Under the pieces are notes generated by a model, which searched no databases, was not told the origin of the DNA, and was given only the letters and a program-made list of their open reading frames with translations. 64,000 nucleotides of DNA, taken from the NCBI RefSeq assembly GCF_009914755.1, contig NC_060934.1; one strand, 5' to 3'. This document shows, in pieces, positions 32,390 to 52,879 of the stretch; within the stretch, counting starts at the first letter, position 1, and each line of letters opens with the position of its first letter. Both the position numbers and the translations under genes were made by a program. The DNA is from the human T2T-CHM13v2.0 reference genome, Homo sapiens.

Positions 32390-33115
32390 AGCTCATCCCC
32401 CACATCCTGGCACTCCCCAAGTCTCATCAGTCCTGTCTCTTCAGAGCTCCCAAATCCTTTTGCATCTCACTGTCCCCACTGCTACCTACTTCATCCAGGT
32501 CACCATCAACTCCTACCTGGGCTATGGCAATGGTCTCCTAACTGCTCCCACGGCCTGTCTAGTCTTGCCTCTCTCTGACCCATTCCCTGCTATGACATCA
32601 GGGTGGCCTTAAGACCATGCACATCCAATCATGTCACTCCCCGACATCCAAGATTTCAGTGGCTCCGCACTGCCCTGAGAATAAAGTCCAAGCCTCAGCA
32701 CAGACCCTGCCCCTATTCACTCTAGCCTCATCACTCACACTCCCCATGATGTCTGCCTGGGGCTTCTGACCATGCTCCGTCCTCTGCAGAGCACATCCCT
32801 TCCCTGTCAACCCCTGTCTGCTGATGCCTTCTTAGCTCCTCCCCATCCTACAGGACTCAACATAGAAACCACTGCTTCCAGGAAGGTTCCTGCCACCAAC
32901 CCGCCAACTCCCACATATACACTGCCCAAAGTCTGGGCTATGTACCCCCCTATAACACTGTCAACACAGCTATCTCACAGCATCACAGCTGCCTTAGTAC
33001 TCGTCCATCTCCCCAAACAGGCTGTCTGTCTTTGAGGGTAGGGACTGCATCTGCTCCATTCAATACTGTATTCCCACAGTGTCCAATACACAGCAGTTCC
33101 TTAATAAGTATTCTA
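32390..33115. mobile_element. L2 relic
   Basis: Pyrimidine-rich L2-like text, e.g. atcatgtcactcccc...gaataaagtccaagc. Confidence 0.6.
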
Positions 33116-33440
33116 CAAACTCGTTAAGGAAGAATATACACACTTTCAGCTAGGAATTCCCACCTAGAAAGTTACGCCAAAGAAATAATAAAAGGAAATT
33201 TTGTTACATAATTTTTCATCAGATCAAGCAATCTGAAGTAAACCTAAATATTCATCAGATGATTTACCCCATCCCTAATATGACATATCCATGAAAGGAA
33301 TATAATATAGCTATGAAAAATGATGCTGCAAAATATTCAATGACATGTATATAAAGAAGTGAAAATGAAAAACAAATTGTGTTGCACAAAACAGTACAGA
33401 CAAAATGATCTCATCTTTGTAAAACATATACATAAAACTA

Positions 33441-33441
<1 letters not shown>

Positions 33442-33482
<41 letters not shown>
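33442..33482. repeat. (CA)20 microsatellite in GOT1 intron 5
   Basis: Perfect dinucleotide run. Confidence 0.98.
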
Positions 33483-33484
<2 letters not shown>

Positions 33485-33585
33485 CTGACATTCTATCTAC
33501 CAAAACATTAACAGTATCTTTCTTTAGGTAATAAAATTTACAGTTAATACTTATTTTCTTCTTTGGACTTTTCTCCATTTTCCTA

Positions 33586-33798
<213 letters not shown>

Positions 33799-33981
33799 CT
33801 ATGTCAGCTCTGACACTGATGGGAATATTGGGAGACAGAGTCAGCAGCAGATTGGTCAGTGATGGAGGGCAAAGGGCAACCATATTCTTGTCACTCTTTC
33901 ATGTCTCTTTTGTGCCCTCTCTCTTACATGCTATGTCAGAAACCACCATCAGGTATGGGGAAGGTGTCTCAGACTCCTTCA

Positions 33982-34194
<213 letters not shown>

Positions 34195-34634
34195 TTAAGC
34201 ACTTTACAAACACTAGGAGGCATGAGTGGAAAGGATGCAAGTCAGCTTCCAGGGCCCTCCCAGGCTCAATGTCCACTGGGCATCATCCAGGCTGGGGGTT
34301 AAGATGTAGAGGAATGATTGTAACCAAGAACAAGTTCAACCAGTCACATTAATGCCAGACTTATATTCTACTACAATGATACTTCCTGCATCTACATTCT
34401 ATGCCTCCTCTGGGGAGTTTCAACATAGCCTTGGTAGATACAAGTCTACTAAGAGTCTTGAGAAAGAGTATTCTTAACTTGATTTTGAGCAGCAGGTTTC
34501 TCATGCACTGCCATAACCCACTGTTCAAGCCATTCCCAACAGTCAGTTGTTCTAGGGCTGGATTACATTTTCTGTGTAACCAGGGAGAGTCATGAGGATA
34601 ATTCTCTCTGGTTTCTGTTTTTCCTCTCACTTCA

Positions 34635-34814
<180 letters not shown>

Positions 34815-35281
34815 TCAGATAATATTTACAAAAATAAGGTAATAATGAGCACTTACTCTATGCCTGCTCTGTGCTAAGGCTTTTAATTGTATTATCTCAT
34901 CAAAACCTTACAACTACTACATGAAAAAGGTACTATGATTTGCCCATGTTTACAACTGAGGAAACTGAGGCTGAGAGAGGTGAAGAACCTTGCTCAAAGT
35001 TACCAGCTACTGAGCAGGAGTGCCAGTCTTCAACCCAGGAGGTCTGACACTAGAAGAAGCTTCCCTTCTGAACACAGAGGTAGAGGACACACCGAGGCCA
35101 CATTAGTGTGTGTGTGTGTGTGTGTGCATGCACGCACATGCCTTGGAAGGCAAACCCATCTCTTCAGCACCCATCCTAAGATCAAACTTACCCTCTAGCA
35201 TAAGCCTCTAAAACAGTGTTCCTAACTTGTCATTGACATCAATCTGTGCTACTCCTCATCTCTAGAATTCAGGCTTATTAA

Positions 35282-35653
<372 letters not shown>

Positions 35654-35704
35654 GGCTTCCTCTCATCCTAAAGTGACCTAACATAGGCAATAATAAAAGC
35701 CATA

Positions 35705-36002
35705 TTTTATTTATTTATTTATTTATTTATTTATTTTACTTTAAGTTCTGGGATATGTGTGCAGAATGTGCAGGTTTGTTACATAGCTATACATGTGCCA
35801 TGGTGGTTTGTGGCACCCATCAACCCGTCATCTAGGTTTTAAGCCCCGCATGCATTAGGTATTTGTCCTAATGCTCTCCCTCCCCTTGCCTCCCACCCAC
35901 CGATAGGCCCCCGTGTGTGATGTTCCCCTCCCTGTGTCCACGTGTTCTCATTGTTCAGCTCCCACTTTTAAGTGAGAACATGAGGTGTTTGGTTTTCTAT
36001 TC
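35705..36002 (-). mobile_element. L1PA 3' end fragment (~300 bp) with (TTTA)n tail
   Basis: ttttactttaagttctggg...cccactttta...gtttggttttct; TSD-like atattttat. Confidence 0.9.
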
Positions 36003-36257
36003 CTATATTTTATCATTTACAAAATGCTTTCATGTATACTCAATGCCCACATGCCCTCTAAAGTCAAGTCTATATCCCCTGAAACATGAGGAACTGATTC
36101 AGAGACATGTTTTTCCCAAAGGATACACAGTTGTGAGTGGCACAGCTCAGCACAAATCCAGGTTTTCCATTCTAGATGGAGTCACTACATTCTAATGATG
36201 TAGTTCTCTGCCTATAGATCTTTGATTTTGCCTCTTCAAAATTCTAATTAGGTTTCA

Positions 36258-36760
<503 letters not shown>

Positions 36761-37044
36761 CTATAAGTCGTTTTTTTAAAAATAAGATGAATGTATTCAT
36801 GTATTAGTCATAAAATTTTACAATTTCAAACACCTATTTAGATGTCTGGGATTTACTATTAAATAATAATCCAGCTTTCGTGGAGGGCAGGGAGGCAGGG
36901 AGGCAGGGAGTGGGTAGATGGAAATACACAGGATTGACCCTATACAGATAATTGTTGAAGCTAGGTGATGGATACACAGGGATTCATTCTTTATACTGTT
37001 TTCTCTACTTTCATATAGATTTGAAATGTTCCATAATAAAAAGG

Positions 37045-37356
37045 TTTTTTTTGTGTTTTTTTTTTGTTTGTTTTTTGAGACAGAGTCTCGCTCTGTTGCC
37101 CAGGCTGGAGTGCAGTGGCACGATCTTGGCTTACTGCAACCTCCGCCTCCTGGGTTCAAGTGATTCTCCTGCCTCAGACTCCTGAGGAGCTGGGACTACA
37201 GGCACGTACCACCACACCCAGCTAATTTTTGTGTTTTTAGTACAGATGGGGTTTCACCATGTTGGTCAGGCTGCTCTCCAACTCCTGACCTCGTGATCCG
37301 CCTGCCTCGGCTTCCCAAAGTACTGGGATTACAGGCATGAGCCACCATGCCTGGCC
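37045..37356 (-). mobile_element. Alu (S-type) inserted in an old L1M 3' fragment
   Basis: Reverse dimer; flanks aataaaaa(g/a)gtttt. Confidence 0.94.
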
Positions 37357-40300
37357 AATAAAAAAGTTTTAAAACTCTTCTTAGAGAAGAAAAGCTTCCT
37401 AAATCTTTTCAAGAACCTAACATAACATTGCTGCTAAAAGACAACAAAAGGGAAAAAAGTAGAATGAGAGACCTAGATCGTACCTTGATACTAACTTCCC
37501 AAGTAAACATTAATGAACAATATTAATCCAGCAGTACATTAAAATTACCCCCTTGATTGAGAGTCATCCCATGAATGGATTATAAGAGATATAAAACCAA
37601 TCATGCTGCTAGATAGAGAAAACCCAAATGATCATCACAACAGGTAAGAAAAGCTTGGCTATTCCTGAGATAAATGCTTAGTAAAACAGGAAACAGTGGA
37701 TACTTCCTGAAAATGACTGAAAAAAATTCATTTAACCCATAAGTCAGCTTAAAAACAGTGAATCGTTTAGTAGAAATCCCATTTAAGCCAACAACAAGGT
37801 AATGTTACCAATTATCGGCACTATTATGCACCAATGTTCTGTTTGTATTTATAGGTGTGAGCATCTGTGAAAGAATACTATCTGAAATGTGAAACATAAG
37901 CAAAGTTGACATTCAAGGGGATGCAGAACTAAACATAGCTGTACATTACAGAGAGGGGCAAAGGCAGTGCACTGGGGTGAAAATGCTCAGTGTGTGTCAG
38001 ATTTGGTGTGCTAACTACTCTGTTATTTACAGTGATCCTTACTGAGCACTCATCCCTTGCTATTACTTTAAAAGTTTTGCCCCCACATTGTGGTTTACCT
38101 GAATTCTTTATGCAAATTGCTACCAAGATGATATAACACAAATGTGCATTTATTTTTTATGGATTTGTCATCCAGCTAAGTTGAATGTCAGTTTCATACA
38201 TGACTTCACATTGCAGATACCTAAGCCACTCTAGAGTGCTAATACTTCCTAAGCAAATGAGCAAGACCTCCCTTGAACATGGTTTTAACTTCTGGAAACA
38301 CGATAGATGCATAGATACCAGTGGAAACATTCCCAGGCATAATTTTTCATTTCCTGTTCTCAACTTTTAACTCCACCCTTTCTCTCCCACTACAGAAAGC
38401 AAATTCATTTTTTTAAAAATCAGTAGAATACATTAAAAATGTGCTTAGAAGAGATAAACCCACTCCACATTAACTAATCCTTGACATTCATGACATATAT
38501 GACACTTGAAATATCAAATTCTCAAGAAGTTATCACTCCCTAAAAATATATTAAATACTGGATGGCTTCAGTGAAACACAAGTTGCTCTAAACATCAGCA
38601 ACTAACAGAAACAAGTTTTTGGTGAATCAATAATATAGCAATGTGGTCATTCTGTGAACTGATTTTTGGCAAATTGTCCTACAGCCTAAGAATGTCCTGT
38701 ACTTGTTATAAAGGAAAATCATAACATCAAAGGAAGTAAGTACAGACTTCTCAAGGAGCCAGGCAACTGGACCTGGGTAAACAAGAGTATCCAGAACAAG
38801 GGAAATCCAGGAAGACTTGGTATGAAGCTAGATAGAGCAGGCCTCTGTTGGACATGTCAGCATAAGATTGCTGGATTCTAGAACCCTTGTCTGAGATAAC
38901 AATTTGCCGATACTATGACTTCACCATGAGGAATAGGAGAGCAACCAGGAGCTGCCTGTGGCCAGAGCCATGCTGCATTCATCTGGGTGCCCCCAGCATC
39001 TCTCACGGCATCTGGCACATGGTACTACATAAGCATGTGCTGAACTAGATGAAGAAAGAAGACAGTGGTGAAAAGATCTGAGCCACAGCAGAAGCCCCAA
39101 GTCGCCTAGAGGCAATCAAAGCGAGAGTGGGATGTCATGATGTGACAATGAGTTATGACCCATGAGCCCTCCTTCCTACAATGCTCAGTAATCTCAAAGC
39201 TGAAACAGCACTATGCCAGAGATGAAAAATCGACATTTCTGTCTGGATCCTAAGATCTGAAAGTGGAAAAGTAATACAAGGCAGTGAGGAGTCTAGAAAA
39301 TAGGTCTCCTCAAAATGGGTAAAGGATCTGGAAATGTTGAATCTGGAGAAGAAAAATCTAAGGGAAGAAACAATTACTGTTGGTTTACTTGTTCACTCAT
39401 TCTTTCATTTATGTCTCGTCTTTAAGTTTTGGCTCAAATGTCATTTCTATTTCTATCATAACCACCCTAGTTAAAACTGTATCCACTCCTAGAATTCCTA
39501 ACATGCCACCTCCTGCTCCATTTTTATAGCATTTATCATCTTTAGTATACTACGTCATTTTCTTACTGATATAGTCAAAAAGATTACATTTAGAGTCTGT
39601 TCCTCTCCCCGAAACTGAATGCAAGGGCAGGGGATTCTGTGTGTTTGAGTCACTGCTGTGCTCCAGCATCTAGAACAGTGCCTGGCTCTAGTAGTGGGCA
39701 TCTGATGACTAAAGGAATGAATGAATCCAAACCTTTGGAACCTGAGGTACCCGGATAGGAGCCAAATGCTGAAAATCTGCAAGGTAAATAAGCAATGATC
39801 ACTCTCCTGGGGAAAGTTAGGGCCTTGTGGGAGATGAAGACTTATAAAATTATCCATTATAGTAAGAACAGTTAAGTACTGTTATTCCCAAGCTGTGAAC
39901 AAAGTCCTGTGATAACTCAGAGAGCTTAAACAACAAGCTCTGCCTAAAATACCTAAGGATTCAGTGTGGAAGTGACCCTTGATCAGCTCTTGAAGGACTT
40001 AGAGGTGGGGACTGGACAGCTAGAGCAATAAGGGAGGGCATTCCAAATGGAGAGAAGGGCCAGGCAAAGGTTCTTAGTCTTGACAGGGCCCAGTAGGTCT
40101 AGAGAACAGCAAGACTCTTAGAATGTCAGGACCTCTAGTGGAGTGAGGGGAAATCAGCAACTGTAAGAACAGGATGAAGACTGTCACCTGTCACCTACTT
40201 TCACTGCATGCCAAGCTCAAAGTCTGGATTTTACCCTACAGGCAATGGGGGAGCTATGGGCGGTGGGGGTGGGGAGTGGGAACAGGTGACATGAGTAGCT

Positions 40301-40908
40301 TGTTTTGCCAAGGAAGGTCATCCTAGCTGCAGCATGCAGAATGTACTAAAACAGGGAAGAGACTAGAGGCAGGAAGGTAAATTAAGAGGCTATTAGTGAA
40401 CTAAGACAGCAGCCTGGGAATGGTGAGGCCTTCCAAGCAGAAGAAAGGCTCAGAGCTCGAACAAAAGGCAGCAGAAACCTCTGCAGACTTAAATGTCCCT
40501 GTCTGACAGCTTTGAAGAGAGTAGTGGTTCTCTCAGCACGGAGTTTCAGATCTAAGAACGGACAGCCTGCCTCCTCAAGTGGGTCCCTGACCCCTGAGTA
40601 GCCTAACTGGGAGGCACCCCCAAGTAGGGGCAGACTGATACCTCACATGGCCGGGTACCCCTCTGAGACGAAACTTCCAGAGGAACGATCAGGCAGCAAC
40701 ATTTGCTGTTCACCAATATTCCCTGTTCTGCAGCCTCCGCTGCTGATACCCAGGCAAACAAGGTCTGGAGTGGACCGCCAGCAAACTCCAACAGATCTGC
40801 AGCTGAGGGTCCTGACTGTTAAAAGGATAACTAACAAACAGAAAGGACATCCACACCAAAAACCCATCTGTACATCATCAGAGACCAAAGGTAGATAAAA
40901 CCACAAAG

Positions 40909-41925
40909 ATGGGGAAAAAACAGAGCAGAAAAACTGAAAATTCTAAAAATCAGAGTGCCTCTCCTCCTACAAAGGAATGCAGCTCCTCACCAGCAACGGA
41001 ACAAAGCTGGATGGAGAATGACTTTGACGAGTTGAGAGAAGAAGGCTTCAGAAGATCAAACTTCTCTGAGCTAAAGGAGGAAGTTCGAACCCATCGCAAA
41101 GAAGTTAAAAACCTTGAAAAAAGATTAGACGAATGGCTAACTGGAATAACCAATGCAGAGAAGTACTTAAAGGACCTGATGGAGCTGAAAACCATGGCAC
41201 GAGAACTACATGACGAATGCACAAGCTTGAGTAGCCGATTCGATCAACTGGAAGAAAGGGTATCAGTGATGGAAGATCAAATGAATGAAATGAAGTGAGA
41301 AGAGAAGTTTAGAGAAAAAAGAATAAAAAGAAACGAACAAAGCCTCCAAGAAATATGCGACTATGTGAAAAGACCAAATCTACATCTGATTGGTGTACCT
41401 GAAAGTGACGGGGAGAATGGAACCAAGTTGGAAAACACTCTGCAGGATATTATCCAGGAGAAGTTCCCCAACCTAGCAAGGCAGGCCAACATTCAAATTC
41501 AGGAAATACAGAGAATGCCATGAAGATACTCCTCAAAAACAGCAACTCCAAGACACATAATTGTCAGATTCACCAAAGTTGAAATGAAGGAAAAAATGTT
41601 AAAGGCAGCCAGAAAGAAAGGTCGGGTTACCCACAAAGGGAAGCCCGTCACACTAACAGCTGATCTCTCAGCAGAAACTCTACAAGCCAGAAGAGAGTGG
41701 GGGCCAATATTCAACATTCTTAAAGAAAAGAATTTTCAACCCAGAATTTCATATCCAGCCAAACTAAGCTTCATAAGTGAAGGAGAAATAAAATCCTTTA
41801 CAGACAAGCAAATGCTGAGAGATTTTGTCACCACGAGGCCTGCCCTACAAGAGCTCCTGAAGGAAGCACTAAATATGGAAAGGAACAACCGGTACCAGCC
41901 ACTGCAAAAACATGCCAAATTGTAA
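40909..41925 (+). pseudogene. L1 ORF1p remnant
   Basis: MGKKQSRKTENSKNQSASPP...QPLQKHAKL with in-frame TGA at 41296-41298 and 41521-41523. Confidence 0.95.
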
Positions 41926-41988
41926 AGACCATCGAGGCTAGGAAGAAACTGCATCAACTAACAAGCAAAATAAGCAGCTAACATCATA

Positions 41989-45773
<3,785 letters not shown>

Positions 45774-46281
45774 ACAATGAGAACACTTGGACACAGGAAG
45801 GAGAACATCACACACGGGTCCTGTTGTGGGGTGCGGAGAGGGGGGAAGGATAGCATTAGGAGATATACCTAATGTAAATGATGAGTTAATGGGTGCAGCA
45901 CACCAACATGGCACATGTATACATATGTAACAAACCTGCATGTTATGCACACGTACCCTAGAACTTAAAGTATAATTAAAAAAAATATATATATATATAT
46001 AAAAAGAAGGGCTCAGAGCTCAATAACCACTGGTACCCACAGTGATGTATTAATAGATGCCAAGAGAGTATCCAAAAAGTATATCTTCAAATATTTGCTG
46101 CCATGAAGATGGCCTTTTAAAATTGTTTTATGGTCAAAAATATAAAACAGGAGAAACTAGATTAAGAGGGAGGGCTATGTTCCCAGGGTCAAGGCTACAA
46201 AAAATAGCCTTAAGTCTTACAGTGTAAGTCATCAAATGGAGATCAATGGGCAGAGGAACAGCATCTGCCCAACATAGTTAA

Positions 46282-46728
<447 letters not shown>

Positions 46729-47487
46729 AGTTCCCCACTTTCAAACTTCATTAGGATTCTCCTCTACCTCTGCAGAAACACTGGATTTTCAGAAAAACTT
46801 CCCAATATGATTAATAATCTCTATACTCTTAACTATTCTAACCATATGACTTCAGTTCATTGAGGCAAATCATAGTCTCTCATTCCAATCCATACAAAAC
46901 CTTAATGAAGTTCATTACTTGCCTAATCATGGACCTGAGTCCCAAGACCTTCACCAGGGCCTTCCCTGCTTCCTGGTACATGTACAAATGTATGGGTGTG
47001 CAACCTTTATTGTCCTCTGCCATTCTGCTTATCAGGGCATCTGGGTAACATGATATATAAAAGGAAAACCTACTGTACACAGCATGTGGGGAATAAATCA
47101 GATGACTCCAAGATGTGGTTTCCTCAATGCATGAATTACAGGCTACATCACAACACTGACCCAGGGGAATGATAATGGCCACTGGTTTAAACTGTGCAAT
47201 TCCCAACTGGACTAGTGCAAAAATCTGAGCTCTTCTTTTTCCCACCCACCCAATCAGACTTATCTTCTTCAAACAACACTTTTATTGGGTAACTCCTCTG
47301 CTCCAACCTTCAGTTGGCTTCTCCTGCCCTGGCTGCCAGAATCAGCCTGCCTAACCTATCCAACATGTTCCCAGCTCTCATCAGGTAGGTCTCTTTACAA
47401 GCTAGACCTGCTTAGCTCTTGCCTCTGTCCCTGGACTCCTACCATGCAAGATGAATATCCTTCCTCTTGCCCCTCTTCCATATTTTA

Positions 47488-47705
47488 TGGTTCTCAAAAC
47501 TGGCTATACTTTGAAAACACCTGGGGAGTATTTAAAAAATATGCCCATGGGGGAGAAGAAAAGGGAGTGAAAGAGAGGGGAGAAGGGTGGTGCCTCCAAG
47601 ATTCTGATTTACCTGGCCTGGCATGGGGTCCACAGGGCCCAGCCACAGTATGTTTTTAAAAACTCCCCAGGTAATACTAACATCCAGCTGGAGCTGAGAA
47701 CCAGT
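47488..47705. mobile_element. MER5-like hAT MITE
   Basis: tggttctcaaaact...tgagaaccagtg termini. Confidence 0.65.
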
Positions 47706-48537
47706 GTCCCGGCCTCGCTCACACATTCTCTAAGATTCAGCTCAAGTGCCATCTCCAGCACTCATAGGTCTCCCTCCCCTCTGAATTCCTACAACACTGA
47801 GAATCTGTTCCACTTCCTGGAACACACAGCCTATCTCACTGTGTCTACTTCCAAATGTGTTCTTCCTCCATGTATCTCCAGTTACACACAGACTATATAC
47901 CAGGAAGCACTTAAATGATAGGTGCTGAGATCAACAGTAGAAGTATTAAAGAATATTAGAACTGGCAGGGACTTTAGACAGCATCTACTAGTAGCTCCTG
48001 AACCCTTGAAGGGCCACAGACACCTTTTGAAAATCTGCTAAAAGCTATGCACCTTCTCCCAAGAAATAAGTACACACAAAATTCTGCATATAATTTCAGG
48101 GGACTCAGAGGCCCCTTAAACAATTCCCTACGCAAGTGCTCCTCATGGGATCACAGACTCGCACTATGTGGTCTTTTTCTAACATGTGTATGTGAGCCCA
48201 GAGGGCTAAATGACTTGCCTATGATCAAAAGTAGTGGCAGAGTTGGATCTAGAACCCTGGTGTCTTTATCACTCCATTAAATTCTTTCTACTTGGCATCT
48301 CCACTGACTGCTTCAAATGCAGTAGCTAAAATCTGATGATCTACTGGGCAAAACTGAACAAGTGAAAAAGCCGTGCTTTGTACATGGCCACATTATTTGC
48401 GCTATCAGGTTCCTGAACTCGCGCTACAGAAACACTTATTCATTGGCAGTTCAATAGACATAACGCCTAATATTTTAAACAAACTGTATTCTCAACATCT
48501 TTTTACTTTCAGTTTCTAAAGAGAAAATACATCCTTA

Positions 48538-48828
<291 letters not shown>

Positions 48829-49907
48829 TCAAAACAGAACAGTGAAGGAAATTGGAGAAAAGTTTGTTCACTTACTGAGTACCTAATTTGAGCCAAGCAT
48901 TGGGCTAGGTGCTGGGCAAACATAAGGGCAGATGTGGTCCCCATCCTTGTGGAACTTACAGCTCTTAACTATGTGACCTCCAAAAAGTAGAATGCTGAAA
49001 TAAAACTGGGACATCACAGAGCCTGGTCACATGAGAAAGTACATAGAAAAGCACTCTGCAAAGTAAAAAGCATCTTGCAAATGTCATGTCAATATCACTA
49101 GTGCACTGAGGTCTCTAGGCCATTGGCCCAGCAGTCTTCTTCCTTCTGCATCTCCCCAAGAGACTTCCAGAAAAAGCCTAGGTGCTACTTCCACATGAAC
49201 CTGGCACCTTTAACACAAACATGGAGAAGGAGTGGAAGAAGGCCCACCACTCCTCTTGTCCCAGAGGAACAGAAATAAGACGAATGATAAGCAAATGCCC
49301 TGACGATTTCAATGACAGGTGACACAATCACCCAAGGACCCACTTAAACACATCTCTATCCTCTCTCTGTATTTTGACCTCAGCCAGTGTTTACCCTTCT
49401 GACTTCATCCCACTTCATCTGCCTCACCCTTTCATTGATCTAAATTGATCTATTTCACAATATTTGATCCTGCTCTACAGTAAACCTCTAAGCATTTCCT
49501 CTTCCTCTGAAAGTATTTTTAAGTCACTCTGAGTTATCCAGCACCAATTTTTTTCCCTACACTATTCTATGATTATGTTAGGATTAGAGCTTTACAGGGC
49601 AGTTACCTTAGCTTTGCACCCACGCCAATAATCTGTCCAAGTAGGATTCCTGGCAGGGGTCATTTGCCTCTCTGTTTGAATGTTTAGGTCCTCAATAATC
49701 CTACACTTACGCAAGTGATTTTGAAATGGAAACAAAATTTTAGAGTGATACTGATTTTTATTTTCTTGATTTCTGCCCAAAATTAATCCCTGACTTAAAA
49801 AAAAAATTACATTTTAGGGTTGTTGTTACCATTTACTGAACAACACGTGTTGATTGTAGAAAATTGGGAAAAGCCCAGAAGGTAAAAAATAAACATTATA
49901 ATTAACA

Positions 49908-50320
49908 TGTGATTGTGTTTTGAAATGTGAGAAGGCGATGAGATTTGATAGGGGTCAGGAGTAGACTGATATAGTTTGGCTGTGTGTCCCCACCCAAATC
50001 TCATGTTGAATTGTAATCTCCAGTGTTGATGGACCATGGGGGCAGATTTCTGCCTTGCTGTTCTTGTGACAGTGAGTGAGTTCTCACTACATCTGGTTTT
50101 TTAAAAGTGTATAGCACCTCCCGCTTTGCTCTCTCTCCTGCTGGGCCATGTGAAGGTGCTTGCTTGCGCTTCACTCTTCCTCCATGATTGTAAGTTTCCT
50201 GAGGCCTCCCAACCATGTTTCTTATATGGCCGGTGGAACTATGAGTCCATTAAACCTCTTTTCTTTATAAATTACCCAGTCTCAGGTAGTTCTTTATAGC
50301 AGTGTGAGAACTAACATAAC
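49908..50320 (+). mobile_element. MST-type MaLR LTR (49967-50320) with a short stretch of internal sequence
   Basis: tgatatagtttggctgtgtgtccccacccaaatctcatgttgaattgtaat...cccagtctcaggtagttctttatagcagtgtgagaa. Confidence 0.85.
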
Positions 50321-50329
50321 ATATAATCC

Positions 50330-51420
50330 CAGTACTCAGAGACAAGGAGTATGAAAATTTTGGTGTACAACCTTCTAAGCTTTATTTTTGATGGGCATAT
50401 TCTTTTATAAAATATGGATCAAACTGTACATAGAATTTCAACATGCTTTTTTCCATTTAAATATATACTATGCATTTTTCCTCCTCATTAACTATTCTTC
50501 TAATAGGTGACATGTTTGCATGTCTCCATCCCATTCTTATCCTCTATCTACCTAGTTCTCAAATCCCTCCCTCCATAAATAACAACTGTTAGTTTCTTAC
50601 ATATCCTTCCTGCATTTCCCTATGCCTACACAAGCAAACACAGCTTCTTACATATGCCCTTTTAAACAAAAGGTAGCATACGGCATACTATACACTGTTT
50701 TGTGTTCCTTGCTTTTTCCACTTGAAAATCATTTTACATTTGCGCATAGAGAGCGTCCTTGTTCTTTTTTACAGCTGCTTAGCTGATGAATGTACCATAT
50801 TTTACTTTGCCAGTCTCTTGTTGGACATTTGAGTTGTTTACAATCTTTGGCTATTAAAACAATACTTCAGTGAACGACCCTGTACATACGTCATCTCACA
50901 TGTATGCAAATATATCTGTAAGATGCTGGGTGGAAAACAAAAGAGTGGGCTAAGAAGTATGTGTTTTTGTAATTTTGACAAATATTTCCAAATTGTCCCA
51001 ATTGATACAGGAATTATATCAATTTACATTCCCACCAGCACTGTTTAAGAGCGTTTGCTTCCACACAGCCTTACGCACTGAGTGTATTTTTGCCAATATA
51101 ATATGTCAAGTAGTTTTAATTTGCATTTATCTTATTATGAATGCAATTGGGTATTTTTCATAAATATGAGCCATTTACAACATCAGTTTAGTGGATAAAT
51201 AATATTTGTTTTATATATAATTTATTAACTGTGTTGCTTTAAATTATTTGCTATTATAAACATTGTGATAAATGTTCATATATTTACACATATTCATGAG
51301 TGTTTTCTTAGGAAAAATATCTAAATGTTAATTTATTAGGTCACAGGATATACAGTAAAAAGACTTTATAAGATCATTTTGAATGATCAGCTAACTCTAC
51401 CCTCCAGGAATATGTCATCT
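50330..51420 (-). mobile_element. Old L1M fragments
   Basis: AT-rich, with L1M 3' signatures such as aatttacattcccaccagca and ttttaatttgcattt. Confidence 0.65.
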
Positions 51421-51568
51421 GCAAATCTGAGAAACATTTCAAGTTAGTAATAGAAATGTGGACAGGGCTACAGACTGACAGAGCCACTGACCAAATGCCT
51501 CTGGGTAGGTGAATCAAACAATACTCTCATACCACTCATAGTCTACCCTCCGGCTCTGGTGAATCTAA

Positions 51569-52430
<862 letters not shown>

Positions 52431-52879
52431 TTCTGTGTCTGGGTGTTATATCTATTCTATAACATTATTAGGCTATGTGTTTATATTTATGATAATATGT
52501 CATTCACAAATAATGTGCTATGAATAAATAAAATATGAAAGAGAAAGAAAAGACTGGAATACTGCTGTTCTTACCACTACTGAATACTCTGTGAAACTCT
52601 AAAATTCCAATACTACTACTTGGGTTGGGGATGGTTGGAGAGGCATTGTGTCTATACTGTGACTAAAAAAAAACTGGCCAATTTACAACTCCCCTTCCTT
52701 CTCCATTGCCCAGTTTTTCCCAGGTTGAGTTCTAGATTTGTTCCTGATGCCTCTCCTAACTGCCCTAGTGAAGCAGAACCAGATTCCTCTTGGGTGACTG
52801 GAGCAGTGGGGTCAGGCATTAACAACAACCACTATTCCTGCTGTCCCCAAGAATTTTTATTCCTATTTGTTGGACCCTT

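Noticed and set aside
40247-40280. G-quadruplex motif near the L1 5' junction
   Set aside because: It fits the G3 pattern, but such motifs are common and nothing links it to function.
40459-40600. L1 antisense promoter / ORF0 driving chimeric transcripts into GOT1 exon 3
   Set aside because: Orientation would fit, but the 5' truncation removes ORF0, the antisense start sites and most of the antisense promoter.
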